Assembly (NCBI RefSeq): GCF_001194135.2
Contig: NC_068992.1
Location: 16,461,960-16,525,959, forward strand
Source of the DNA: Octopus bimaculoides
Taxonomy: Eukaryota
Direction: 5' to 3'
Length of the DNA stretch: 64,000 nt
Notes under the pieces: generated by a model
The model's database searches: none
What the model was told of the DNA's origin: nothing
Seen by the model: only the letters and a program-made list of their open reading frames with translations
Part shown: positions 24,406-37,660 of the stretch, piece by piece
How the letters are laid out: the number at the start of each line of letters is the position of its first letter
Numbering within the stretch: the stretch's first letter is position 1
Position numbers and translations under genes: made by a program

Positions 24406-26339
24406 TTATATATATTTATGTATAATAGTCTGACTTTATTGTTATTGTTAATTTCTCACATTTACTAGATATAAATCTCCCATCGTTTTATTTTTCTCGT
24501 GCATTTCGTCTTTAGTATTAAAGTGTTTTATAAAGCGTCATAAATTATTAATAATAATCGGCTTTAGTTTGGGATCATGAAAATCTGCTTTAAAATGTCA
24601 ACTTTGTTTTTCATACTACTTGAATGTTGATGGAAACTACCGATCAAGCATTTAGGTAATGATACAGGAGGATTTCCTGGCTCTTTAAACAAGAGTCAAA
24701 GTTTATGAATAGTAAATAAATAAAGTACTGGTTGGAATTTACGTTCATAAAAGATTATATACACAACATCCACACTGTTCGTGGAAGGGGCGGAAATTAA
24801 CGCTTATAGTATTAGTTATAAAAAAGAGTTTCGGACGCAAAGTTGCAAATGGAAAAGAAGTGTGAGAACATATTTGATGAAATGAATTTTTTACACGAAT
24901 CTCTGACTTCAGAACATCATATATGAAAACTTCAATGTTAGAGTTCCTTGGAATTTATTTTTTATTTAATATCATATTTTTACCAGCCTTCTAATAATCA
25001 CATAGGCCCTCTTTTAATAACGACATCTTCTATGTTTGCTCAATTTGGATCTATTCATATGAAAGCAAATGTACGATCTACGTATATTATATTTCATAAA
25101 GTATCAATTTTACTTTCTTTTTATTTCTCTTTCAGGTTATACATTTTAATTATAACTGAACAAATATATTTCCTTACATATCAGTCTGGGATACATTGTA
25201 ACCCTCAGTATATCTTTTCAACTCCAAACAATGTCATGACCAAATAAATGGTAGTTATATATTCGAAAGGCTTAAATAAATGCGTATAAACTCAACATGG
25301 ATTTATAACATGCTTACAATAGAAGCAAGTAACAAGATATTGATTTTTCTTCAGGAGTGAAGATGTTTTGTTCCTAAAAAGTGGAATCTAACATGGAAGA
25401 GCGATTCTAAATAGCATCATTAATACTAAAGATAATTAATATAGAAACCTCGACAGCCATACCTCTCCAAACGACAACGGATAGTTCCGTAATGTTGGAT
25501 AAATAGAAACGGCAAAGAAAAGCAACATAATGGTGTGTATTGAGGCTGGGTTTTATCAAGCTTTATAACAGTTTTGATTTTCAAATAATTGTACTACAAC
25601 AGGCAAATAATCAACCATCAAAACGGTGAATCAAACATGTAACTAGAAAAAACCCTTTCGTTTCTTCTTTAGAAAACGTTTTATTGCGGTGTCACACTGT
25701 CTCTCAACAACAATGAAATACCAACAAATCCATTTATAATTCAATTTTCGTGAAATATTTCATAAATGGTTTAGTGGAGAAAACAAACACGCTAATTAAG
25801 AAAATTTGATGACTAATATTGATTACAAATATAAATGGATGCAATTGTATCACATTTTGTCAACCATTAGGTTTTAACAGATTGTACATCAGATATATGA
25901 CTACAGTTACTAGCAATTAAATGACCGATTAAAAATCACATTTAAATAAATGTGCCTCATAATTCAAATTCAATATCATATACCTCAGCGACGTCATCAT
26001 AAATTTCACCTTCGTGATTTTAAACCTCATTTTCATTATCGTCAGTCTCGGTTACTTTTTCATCTATCTCTATTTCGTCATCGTTATTTTAATATCATCT
26101 CTTTAAGCTAGACTGATTTTTTTTTTAATGAATGTATATTGACACACGTAAATATGTAGCAGAATTGTAAAACAATATGAATATTAAAAAAATGTATAAA
26201 GGATTGAATATTCTGAATAAATATTGCTTCACCTTACATAAGCAGGAATATTTAGATCATCAGCTGCAAAACTACATAGTGTATACTATAGGGAAAAAAT
26301 AAATTACATCAGTTTAAACATGCGTTCATTACAATTGTT

Positions 26340-27050
26340 TCTTAAAATATCCAGCAAACTCTTCTTCGGAAATTAAAGGCAGTCTAGATGTAGATCAGTG
26401 CATTTAACCCATGAATATTCTTTGGTTGATATCACCCAACTTATTTCTTCCACTTAAAAAAGAAAACAACATATTTTTGAGGGCTGGAACCGGGTGCATA
26501 AAGAGGTAAGAATTGAATCGCATAGTATTTTCATATAATTAACTGATAAACATCGTTGAACGCCGTTATTCTTATGAGAAAGAACATCGACCAGAATCAG
26601 CGTACACCGGCCCAAGTATCTTGCATCAATTCAGTGAAAAATATCTGTTGATAAAATCGTAACAGATTGAATAGGTATAACAGAATTTCTTATTTACAGT
26701 AAATTTGCCCATGTTGTGTTCATAGTTCCACGTATACCAACTTATATTTTGTCCTCAACAGAAATATTCAAAGCTCTACCATATTTATGCAAATATTGAA
26801 CCAAAATTCATCAATAAAAAATGCATCCTCTTCTTCTTTCAAAAGATTTTGAAATTTCTCTGGCATTAACTATTTTCACATGATACTCTACGAAGTGATA
26901 GCTGTCTCAGAAATCGCTTTGCCTGTCTTGAATACGTCGTGGGCAATTAAGCTTTTATTAAAGCTTGTTTTTAACAGCCTGGATTTAAAATGCTCAAAGA
27001 CCAATCGGACAGCACTTTTGTTCTTCAAATATATGGCACTTTTCTCCCAC
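26340..27050 (-). pseudogene. Possible decayed intronless BTB-BACK (BTBD1/2/3/6-like) pseudogene
   Basis: Collinear frameshifted peptides: HIFEEQKCC, EEEDAFF..ILVQYLH..ALNISVED, VIPIQSVTILSTDIFH*ID (cf. VIDAQAELALKSEGFCDID) and RLPLISEEEFAG (cf. IRFPLMTIEEFA); multiple stops; judged by eye. Confidence 0.4.
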
Positions 27051-27074
27051 TAAAGTTTGTAAAATTTATTTCAT

Positions 27075-27360
27075 AAGGTACGACCTCGGCAGAATTTTAA
27101 CTGAAAGCGTAAAAAGGATTCTGCCAGCTCGCTGCCCTTATTTTGGAGGGGACAAACAAGGACAGACAAAGAGATTAAGTAAGGACAGACAAAGGGATTA
27201 AGTCGACCTCAGTGCGTAACTGGTACTTATTTAATCGATCCCCAGAAGGTTGAAAGGCAAAATCGACCACAGCGAGATTTGGACTCAGAACCTAGCAGCA
27301 GACGAATTACCGTTAAGCATTGCGTCCGGCATGCTAACGATTCTGCCAGCACACCACCCT
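27075..27360 (-). mobile_element. SINE family B (partial copy plus full copy with a 23-bp internal duplication)
   Basis: aaggacagacaaag.gattaagt twice at 27158-27203; gaaaggcaaaatcgacc...ctaacgattctgccagc. Confidence 0.8.
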
Positions 27361-28160
27361 AATTTGAAATAACATAATCAGTATATATAATTGCTCACTC
27401 TAGCGTATTGTCATTACAAATGCAATTTGCAAATTGCAAAATAATAATGTGGACTTACAAGGAGTGAAGTTGATAAGAGCATAATGTAAGCATTTGCTCT
27501 ATCAACAGTTCATAACTCATTAACAGACATTCGTTGCTATAAGCACTCATAAAGCAAATATTTACTATTTGGAATGTAGTTTGTTGTTAGCAACGTAGGA
27601 GCGATGTAATTTTATGTCTGATTAGCCTGAAATACATTGCACCATTAATATGAAATTTCGTATTCCAGTCGACATAGATTTGACAATTCATTTCTTACTC
27701 TTTTAGCTGCAATAAAATTTTACATGTATTTTCGTAAGAAAGTGTACCGTAAATTACATTATATTACGCACAAATATTTTTTTGAGTCTTAAAATAATAA
27801 TGGGAAAATTTAAGATAGTCTGACAGAGAAACTCAAATACCAACGTTAAATTAAATACGCAATAAATCCAAATTGTCAAAGTATTTTCGTTAGGCAGGCA
27901 CCCGTAGATGCTGTGTGTGGTAGATTCCACATTTCGTTGTTTGGTACTTGTAAAGTCTAATTTCTCATGGCTTGATATCCTGTTTTAAAGAAATATCCAC
28001 GAAGGTAGTATGTCAATATTTCAAGATACTAAAGCGAGATGCTACAGCCGCTCAATTAGCTTGTGCGTGTCTGTAGGTGAAATTATCGTAATAATTAGCA
28101 ATTTTGAAATCTGGTTTAAATAAACGTGGTTACTGTTCTCTTAATGTTTTTTTTTTTCAG

Positions 28161-28201
28161 CTGCACCAGTGTTTACTTCGTGTTTCACTGCTTCGAGTGA
28201 G
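28161..28201 (+). other. Candidate 41-nt internal exon
   Basis: Strong acceptor (T11)CAG| and donor GAG|GTAAAC around unique sequence; product unknown. Confidence 0.3.
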
Positions 28202-30218
28202 GTAAACATTACTATCTTTAACTATAATTTAATGTCAATGTAACGATTATACCGAATATAACTCTAATTTCCATATACTTTACAATGCAGCTATGATATA
28301 TTATCTTGTTAATTGCATTGAGTGACTAATAACACGATATGAACATTGAGCAATAAGAGAGCGACTGGCCGCTTCATTTATTCTAACTTTAGCAAACATC
28401 AATATAGCCGAATCGTGAACATTCACCATGTACTACACAAATTTTGCCGACCTAACACACGAGTCATGCTTAATGAGAATGATACTCTGTTCATTTAAAT
28501 TGCGTCGATCACAATATTAAATGATATTCTTTCTTTGTAGTTTTGGCTACAAAAACCTGGTAAAAGAATAATTGAATGATGAAGTAGGATGAGAGTATCC
28601 ATTTCTACGCCTACTTAACGTCGTTGATTCCAAGAGAGCGTGGGACGCACTAGAGGAATAATTTAAGCAGGCGTTTATCGACTCAGAATACATCAAAGCC
28701 TAAGGTGGCCCCGGCGGGGTTAGAGCTCAAAATGCAGAGATCCAGAAATAAATATAGTTTATAATTCTACTCAAGGTTCTCATAACGCTGCTAATACGTC
28801 GACGTATCGAAGACTTTATGTTCTGAAAAGTAAGAATTCGAATATATTCTTTCATTGGAACCATTAGCTCAGCTGTGATGGAACGAATTCATATTATCAT
28901 GAGATAAGCCAAGAATAGCGGGTTGTCAGAATCGGTGGAGTGACGGATGAAATGGCTCACAGTGTTTCGTTATGCGTATTTAGTTTTTGAATGAAATCCC
29001 TCCGGTTGACGTTTGTCTTTCATTCTTCCATGTTCGATAAAATAAGTGTCATTCATGTGCCATGGTCACTGAAAACGCTTGTTCCCTAACCGAAAATGTA
29101 TTACCTTGATCTGCATAGAGAACAATAATTAGGATTTAATTAAATTTTAGTTTTCCGTAAGGATGAAAATATTTCAAGTAATGCATCATAGTTAAGGTTA
29201 AGGTTAGTTTCTTGAATTATTTTATTTGCCAGGAGGAAACTTTGCTCTTAATTGTGAAATTCGTATTTTGTCATCAGCAATAACTTCATGAATAGAAACA
29301 AGCTAAGAACATGAAAATACGCGTAATAGTCTTGTTTTCTCTCCCCTTTATGTTAATAAGATCGAAATTCTTGCGTACTTCTCTAGTGATTCTTGCAATT
29401 AATATCGACGTAATAAACACCATTTCCATCTGTATACGAAATATTAATAAATTTCTACGTTTTGCACGTTGATGTATGGAAGAATACAAATATTGTGACA
29501 ATGTATAAAGCATTGTTTTGCCAATCCTCATTACTTATCATGAATTACACTGCACAATAGTACGGAAATGAAGTTATAAATAATCCATTTGACAGATTAA
29601 TTGCTAAGGAGTTTAATGAGCTTATATTATTATGGTCATGTTCTGATTCAGCTGCTATATTGTTAAAAAATTATTAAGGAGCCTAGTCTTGTTGGCGTCC
29701 AATTTGAAATAATAAAATTCGGTTTCAAGTTACTTATAAAATAAATTTTTCAAAAACATTGAAATTCTGATTTATTCGTGATATTTTTATGTTTTCGATT
29801 ATGTGGAATAATTTAATTCATGTTAGTGGTCTACAAAATCGTATTTGAAAATCCACCAATCCTAAAGGAAAGGTTTCAAACACTTCCACATCTCGATTGC
29901 GAGTACACGATGAATCACGATAACTGTACTCCTCCAAATTGGTTTTAAATATTTTACAACTAAAAAGATTTGTACGAACACTACCATTATTCGTTTTCTA
30001 CGCCACTGTATAATCTCTAAATTCCCGTCATAATTCTGGTATTAATCCACCATTCCCAAGGAGCGTCCCCTTCTAACAATTTATTTGGAGTGTATCATCT
30101 CTAATTACGTATATTACAAAATCGTTAAATCTCGCACATATCTACCACCTAAAATGTTATTATATATTTTTCTGTGTTGGTCGTCTTGCTAGCAAGCCCG
30201 CTAGGTGGTAAGCTAATA

Positions 30219-30764
30219 CAGTAATGCCTCGATATACAAGTTCATTCGCCCCCGGAGACCGATCGTAAAGCGAAAACTCATAAAGCAGAGCAATTATTCC
30301 CCATAAATTCAATGCTATAAATCGTAATTTGTCCCCAGAAAATTAGTGTACCAATAAAATTTATAATACTCGTAAATAAATGGCAGTAAAACAACAGTAG
30401 AATATTTTATGTTAAGAAGAATGTAAAGATTATTCATAATAAAAGTATTATTATAACCGTTTTGTGAATCACTTTCACTCGCGGTAGGTTCGCGCACACC
30501 ATCACTTGTAGACGCGATCGCCGATTCACAAGCACTTGTAGACAGACTTGTAGACATCTTTTAAAAAAAACAAGTATAGGGTTGTTTGCTTAGAAGAAGC
30601 TTCTTTTCGTTCTGTATAAATTTATCGGAAACATGTAGGAGCATTTGCTTTCGTAGTAGAAACGTTAGCTCTTCGTTCAAAATTTGGATTTTGCGCTTAA
30701 AGAAATAAAACTTATTTACCCGGGTTCGCGTAAATCGGGTACTCGTAATTTGAGGTATTATTGT
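30219..30764 (-). mobile_element. pogo/Tigger-type DNA transposon deletion derivative
   Basis: TA|CAGTAATGCCTCGATATACAAG ... CTCGTAATTTGAGGTATTATTG|TA terminal inverted repeats with TA flanks; minus strand QNPNFERRANV..NAPTCFR*IYTERKEASSKQTTLYLFF matches the Tigger1-type transposase C-terminus. Confidence 0.85.
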
Positions 30765-32044
30765 AATTGACAGTTAGAAGACTGCTCATTTCTTGTCATT
30801 TCTTCTGATTTATTAACGAGTGGGATATGCTGAAATCATTTGTAAGCATGTTCCCTTTAATTATGCGCTAACGGAATAAATGTGCAACTAAATGACATTG
30901 TGGTTAGTAAACCAAGTAACGAGATATAAACGGATGAATTGTAATAACTTCCAACTTACGTTCGTTCCTTATTAGTGACAGAAGTTAAGAAGAATATACG
31001 TAAATGCAGCTATGATACAACTGAAATTTCCTTAAATAGTTTTATTATAGTATACTGTAACTTTGTAGACACGATGTGTCGTGGTATTAAGCTGTTTGCT
31101 GTTGCAAATATAGTGACTGTGCTTCTGTTGGTGTTCTTTTCACATTGATTGTCAAATTATAGACTAAACACACAGGGATCCGATTTAATCAATCATACAC
31201 ACATTGATAGAATGCATGCACTTTGCTGTGTGGAATTTGGTATTTTTATCTTCTTTATGGTTTGTTCCATAACGATGAACGCAAGTCTGCTGAAGGGAAA
31301 AATAGAATTCTCTCATCCGCTTAACAGAAATCTTTAGCTTTGACTGTTATATACTTTAAATTGTATTGCTTTCCAAACATACCGTATTTCTGCTCCCCTG
31401 TAATGCATCAGCGATATCACTGGTTTTATTTTATTAGTTGCAGCAAGATAATATATAAATTTAACATTTGTTTAATACATTTCATTTCAACATTAGTTTA
31501 GTCTTTCTTGCAAGCGATAGCTCCTCTACAATCACTCATATTGCCATCATCAACGTGGTCATAGTTACTAACTTACGGGGACGTAAACACACCAATATAC
31601 CATCAAGCGAAGGTAAGGCGACAAGCACAGACACAAAAACATACACATATATACACACACATATATGTATATATATATATATATATNNNNNNNNNNNNNN
31701 NNNNNNNNNNNNNNNNNNNNNNNNNNNNNNNNNNNNNNNNNNNNNNNNNNNNNNNNNNNNNNNNNNNNNNNNNNNNNNNNNNNNNNNNNNNNNNNNNNNN
31801 NNNNNNNNNNNNNNNNNNNNNNNNNNNNNNNNNNNNNNNNNNNNNNNNNNNNNNNNNNNNNNNNNNNNNNNNNNNNNNNNNNNNNNNNNNNNNNNNNNNN
31901 NNNNNNNNNNNNNNNNNNNNNNNNNNNNNNNNNNNNNNNNNNNNNNNNNNNNNNNNNNNNNNNNNNNNNNNNNNNNNNNNNNNNNNNNNNNNNNNNNNNN
32001 NNNNNNNNNNNNNNNNTCTCTCTCTCTCTCTCTCTCTTTATATA

Positions 32045-32780
32045 TATGCCCAAGTGTTCGGACAAGATGTAGGCATGTTGCTGTCACCCCTATGTCTGAA
32101 AGTTGCAGTATGGTATATCTGTTGTTTATCAGTTCATGGAATTTTCAGAAATCCAAGAGACATATAATACAGTTATGCAAATGCTCAACTCTTAATCTAA
32201 GTTTAATTAATAACCTATAAATTAGATTAGCTGTGTATCTCACCAAGCTTCAAAAATATTACTTCTAAATACTTTATCCTTTGCATCAAATGAGATTAGA
32301 TTGATTTTGATGTTACTTTGGATTTGTAGGAGCGTAGGAAACTGAAGATGTAAACATGTGATATGAAGCGCGTACAATTTGGTATTGATGTGCATGCTGG
32401 GAATTGAAGGTGGTTTTATTTCTGCTTGGTCTAAACAGTTATTCTCCATCTATGTATTGCTAGGTTATTGAAATAACCGTGTTAACAAACGCGTTTATAT
32501 TCGAGATATTCTATAAAATTTTAAATATTAATGAATGTTCTATAATAAGCTATAAGCATAGTTTTCTTACGTATTTCATGATTGTATAAAGTTATTAGTT
32601 TCGACTTTGTCCTGGGTTCCATGAAACATAAGCTATGGAGATAACAGTATCCAATATTGAATAGGACGTCAGTCTGTGAAATGATTAACCTGATGCCGGT
32701 ACCCCCCTTTTTTTTCTTAGTTGAGTAAAGAAAAAAACTGATTTGCTGATAAAAAACAATAGTCCGTTCCTCTGTTTAGG
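32045..32780 (+). repeat. Near-identical duplication of 33672-34549
   Basis: 32045-32330 equals 33672-33957 with 2 substitutions seen; 32731-32780 equals about 34500-34549 across the gap. Confidence 0.9.
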
Positions 32781-33039
32781 GTTGTTTGCTTAGAAGAAGC
32801 TTCTTTTCGTTGTGTATAAATTTATCGGAAACATGTAGGAGCATTTGGTTGGGAAGCNNNNNNNNNNTATACATATTTATATATATATATATATATATAA
32901 CCTTTAGCACAAGGAAACTATGCTGAATCTATGGACGATATTTCTACTTAGCCGTCCGGATTTCAATTCTCAACTGTGTTCATGCTATAATGCAGAGCTC
33001 GGGGCTGATGTGCGGGGCTACAACAGGAAGATTGCATCA

Positions 33040-33440
33040 AGGGAACAGCGGACCACCTGCGAGAGACTGAATAAACTACTATTCTTCGTCTTTGAGCGAA
33101 GACAGAAGACGTATGCAGTGATCTAACCATGGAAGATCCTAGAGTAGCTAGCACCAAACTTTGGCATCAAGAACTATACTAAACTCCAAACTGGATGTCA
33201 CTGCACTGTTCCAACGATCCTAGCTATCCCGTATAGAGTGAGGATCATATACTGCATTAGTTTAGGCTTGAAGGTCCTACAGCTATTTACTGCGTTGCCA
33301 AAGTATATGAGGGATCTTCACGGAGTAGGAAATGTGTTCTAGAAACAACCTGATTTTTTGTTGTCCAAGGTTCCAGGTGAACCTATATCACAGCAAGATA
33401 TTCAAAGGAGGCCAGCAGTATCGAAACTCTTTCATTTGCC
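33040..33440 (+). mobile_element. CR1-group LINE 3' end remnant
   Basis: CERLNKL..FERRQKTYAVI..WKILE.LAPNFGIKNYT..TGCHCTVP..IYCISLGLKVLQLF..LPK.MRDLHGV..LLSKVPGEP; same family as 18770-19200. Confidence 0.8.
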
Positions 33441-35720
33441 AAAAGCCAATCGTGTGGGTATGGCCACTAAAAAGATGATAACACTGGCGATTCTCCAGCG
33501 TGGCCACATCTTTCGAGCTGAAACATATAAAACAATAAAACAATATGTATATATGTATTTATACATGTACGTATATATATGTGCGTGTGTGTGTGTATGC
33601 GCACATTTACACACACACAGATAAGGCACTTAGAGTCATCGGTCTGCTAGCGACATCAGTACTTTCTATTTTATGCCCAAGTGTTCGGACAAGATGTAGG
33701 CATGTTGCTGTCACCCCTATGTCTGAAAGCTGCAGTATGGTATATCTGTTGTTTATCAGTTCATGGAATTTTCAGAAATCCAAGAGACATATAATACAGT
33801 TATGCAAATGCTCAACTCTTAATCTAAGTTTAATTAATAACCTATAAATTAGATTAGCTGTGTATCTCACCGAGCTTCAAAAATATTACTTCTAAATACT
33901 TTATCCTTTGCATCAAATGAGATTAGATTGATTTTGATGTTACTTTGGATTTGTAGGNNNNNNNNNNNNNNNNNNNNNNNNNNNNNNNNNNNNNNNNNNN
34001 NNNNNNNNNNNNNNNNNNNNNNNNNNNNNNNNNNNNNNNNNNNNNNNNNNNNNNNNNNNNNNNNNNNNNNNNNNNNNNNNNNNNNNNNNNNNNNNNNNNN
34101 NNNNNNNNNNNNNNNNNNNNNNNNNNNNNNNNNNNNNNNNNNNNNNNNNNNNNNNNNNNNNNNNNNNNNNNNNNNNNNNNNNNNNNNNNNNNNNNNNNNN
34201 NNNNNNNNNNNNNNNNNNNNNNNNNNNNNNNNNNNNNNNNNNNNNNNNNNNNNNNNNNNNNNNNNNNNNNNNNNNNNNNNNNNNNNNNNNNNNNNNNNNN
34301 NNNNNNNNNNNNNNNNNNNNNNNNNNNNNNNNNNNNNNNNNNNNNNNNNNNNNNNNNNNNNNNNNNNNNNNNNNNNNNNNNNNNNNNNNNNNNNNNNNNN
34401 NNNNNNNNNNNNNNNNNNNNNNNNNNNNNNNNNNNNNNNNNNNNNNNNNNNNNNNNNNNNNNNNNNNNNNNNNNNNNNNNNNNNNNNNNNNNNNNNNNNA
34501 AAAAAACTGATTTGCTGATAAAAAACAATAGTCCGTTCCTCTGTTTAGGAATGGAAACCGTAATCTTGCGATCCTGATCACCATACTTCTAACCACAAGG
34601 TCACATTCTATTACAGATTTCATGCAAACAGAAATAATCCAGTAAGAAAAATTGTAAAACATTAGTGCGACAATTTAGAACATATTAATTTATATTCGTG
34701 GGCGATTACAGATGTGCCGAACTTCTAGTGAAGTTGAACACTTCTATGTTGTTTTTTGTTACATTTGGAATGAAAGCCAAAGTTTCTTTGATGCAAAGAA
34801 TTGGTGAACATTTTAAATTGCTATATTTAGTTATATTTCTATTAACAATACAGTATACTACATTTAAGTGTGATTTACGAGGAAATGTAAAAGTGACAGA
34901 AACAATATATCGTATATGTTGTCTCTCAAACGAAGAATATTTAAAAGTTACATTCATGTCTTCATGCAAAATAACAATAACTTTTATAGCTAGAGAAATA
35001 ATATATATTAATAAAATATTGAATAAAGAATGCTATTGAATATGCAGCTATATCTTATTATGTGTCATTTTTTTTCATTTAAAGCTAAAGGTTTTCATGG
35101 CAACAGTAGAAAAGGTGAAGCAGTGTTTTATTTTGAAATATATCTGGCTGCCAATTGGATATCATTAATTTTGTGTCATTGATATTAATAATCTTCCGCT
35201 GTTACCAGCTCTCAGAAACTACACCTGCTACATCATATAGCTTGCATTAAATTCCAGCAACAACTATAGTGTTCATTTTCATTCTTCAACTGCTTGAAAG
35301 AAAGCATCAATTTATTCATACTCAACTGTCTTTACAATTAAAAAAAGAAACTAGAAATTTGATGTAAAATATTTGAATTATTTTGCAACATTAAAAGAAC
35401 TGAAATTCATATTGGAAGATATTTCATTTTTATACATAGCTGCCTACAAACAATATCGAAGGCTTTAGTTTTTAATAGATACATACAAAATTTAAAATGG
35501 GGTTAATCAATTTATCAGATGCGCAGTGGTATTAAGGTATGTTACAAAAGGAATTCGTGGACGCAGCAAAGATTTAGGAATTTTTTAAAATAAAAATCCA
35601 TCGACACGATGTCACGGTTAGCGTTTAACAATATTGTCATCAATTCAGAGATATATCTCTCTTGAAGGAATATCTGGCACTTGCGATCCACGACCTAACT
35701 AGGAAGATTCGGTATATATA

Positions 35721-35930
35721 TGATTGACCATTATTATGATTGACCGTTGACTGAACACTATTCAATTTTTTTTCTCCGTGTTTTTTCTCCTTGTCTCCGT
35801 ATTCTTTCTGTTGAAGAGCGTAGCTCGAAACGTCAAAGACTTTCCGTATTCCCGAGCGTCATACTAATATATACTTTTGTTATTTACACCACCTGTCCTC
35901 GTCTGTTGTTATTTTTTGTATATTCTCTCA
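35721..35930 (+). mobile_element. Young non-autonomous hammerhead-bearing PLE-like element, copy 1
   Basis: Near-identical to 54010-54198 and 56939-57158; flanked by TA tracts. Confidence 0.85.
35803..35839 (+). ncRNA. Type I hammerhead-like fold with variant core (A6U)
   Basis: UCUUU-CUGUUGA-A-GAGC(GUA)GCUC-GAA-ACGU-C-AAAGA: 5-bp stem I, 4-bp stem II, palindromic ACGU stem III, GUC triplet. Confidence 0.6.
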
Positions 35931-36689
35931 TATATATATATATANNNNNNNNNNNNNNNNNNNNNNNNNNNNNNNNNNNNNNNNNNNNNNNNNNNNNNNN
36001 NNNNNNNNNNNNNNNNNNNNNNNNNNNNNNNNNNNNNNNNNNNNNNNNNNNNNNNNNNNNNNNNNNNNNNNNNNNNNNNNNNNNNNNNNNNNNNNNNNNN
36101 NNNNNNNNNNNNNNNNNNNNNNNNNNNNNNNNNNNNNNNNNNNNNNNNNNNNNNNNNNNNNNNNNNNNNNNNNNNNNNNNNNNNNNNNNNNNNNNNNNNN
36201 NNNNNNNNNNNNNNNNNNNNNNNNNNNNNNNNNNNNNNNNNNNNNNNNNNNNNNNNNNNNNNNNNNNNNNNNNNNNNNNNNNNNNNNNNNNNNNNNNNNN
36301 NNNNNNNNNNNNNNNNNNNNNNNNNNNNNNNNNNNNNNNNNNNNNNNNNNNNNNNNNNNNNNNNNNNNNNNNNNNNNNNNNNNNNNNNNNNNNNNNNNNN
36401 NNNNNNNNNNNNNNNNNNNNNNNNNNNNNNNNNNNNNNNNNNNNNNNNNNNNNNNNNNNNNNNNNNNNNNNNNNNNNNNNNNNNNNNNNNNNNNNNNNNN
36501 NNNNNNNNNNNNNNNNNNNNNNNNNNNNNNNNNNNNNNNNNNNNNNNNNNNNNNNNNNNNNNNNNNNNNNNNNNNNNNNNNNNNNNNNNNNNNNNNNNNN
36601 NNNNNNNNNNNNNNNNNNNNNNNNNNNNNNNNNNNNNNNNNNNNNNNNNNNNNNNNNNNNNNNNNNNNNNNNNNNNNNNNNNNNNNNNN

Positions 36690-36726
<37 letters not shown>

Positions 36727-36849
36727 TATTTTATTTTGTAGAATGCTGCTAATCATTGTGGAAAAGCGTTTGTACACTGTGTATTTTATGTCTAGTGTAT
36801 ATTTTTTGCGCAAGCGCTTTCGTTTTTCATCTTTTCAGACACACGTCTT

Positions 36850-37660
36850 CCAGGGTAATCCACAAAGAGGAAGTTATTGCTTGTAATGGTGTTAATTATT
36901 TCCGGTTTATTGTTGGATTAACATTTTTATAAAGTATTCTTTTATATTTCGTAATTGATTATATTTCTCTCAGTTGATCTTCATTGATCTAACATTTTGT
37001 AACACAGGAACACTTTAAATCGTTGAATCTTTTAAATTAAATGTTGACACTTCTAAACGTTGACTGTTAGCAGTTTAGTTCCAGATTTAGAATTCTTATA
37101 AAGTATGCTTTTGCTTTTCGTAGTTTATAATTTCCATCTTTTATTTTCTCAAAAAGAAATACTTTAAATTTTCTATTTACAAAAATGTTTAGACTTTTAC
37201 TACATGGAATATTTCTAAACGATTAGAGTTTTTGTTTCACAATTCATATTCGCATTCATTTTAAATTCCCCTTCTTAAATCATTTGGTTGTTCGTTGCTC
37301 AGTCATTCCATATGCTCTAGAGCGAGGGTCTCCACGGTTTCTTTCTTGTATTATCTCTTTCTCCGATGTGAGACTCGCATTTGTTAGAAATCTCTTGAGA
37401 TTTAGTTGTTGATTTCGACTGTTCATTTGTGATTTTTTTTTATAATTATTTCTCGGAGATTTGATGCCTTGCGTAGAATTGGCTGAATGCAGAATATTGT
37501 GGTTCCAAGAATTATGGGTGACTACAAATGTAATATCTATACCTGAATTTTCGTATTCACCCTTATTATGTTACTCCTTAACCTATAGATTGGCGGCATT
37601 TTTCTATCTTGGTTATGGTATGATGTATTATCATTGTGGAGTATTTCTGTTTTTACAGGA
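36850..37660 (-). mobile_element. Penelope-like element remnant (GIY-YIG/C-terminal region)
   Basis: YGMTEQ..., FRNIPCSK, KFKVFLFEK...LRKAKAYFIRILNLELN resemble the PLE endonuclease C-terminus (YIGQT..IPCS.HF..F.IFPF..KE..FI...KP.LN). Confidence 0.5.

Noticed and set aside
30315-30557. ORF MSTSLSTSACESAIASTSDG.. as a first coding exon
   Set aside because: Lies inside the Tigger element and corresponds to the transposase C-terminal tail; weak splice donor.
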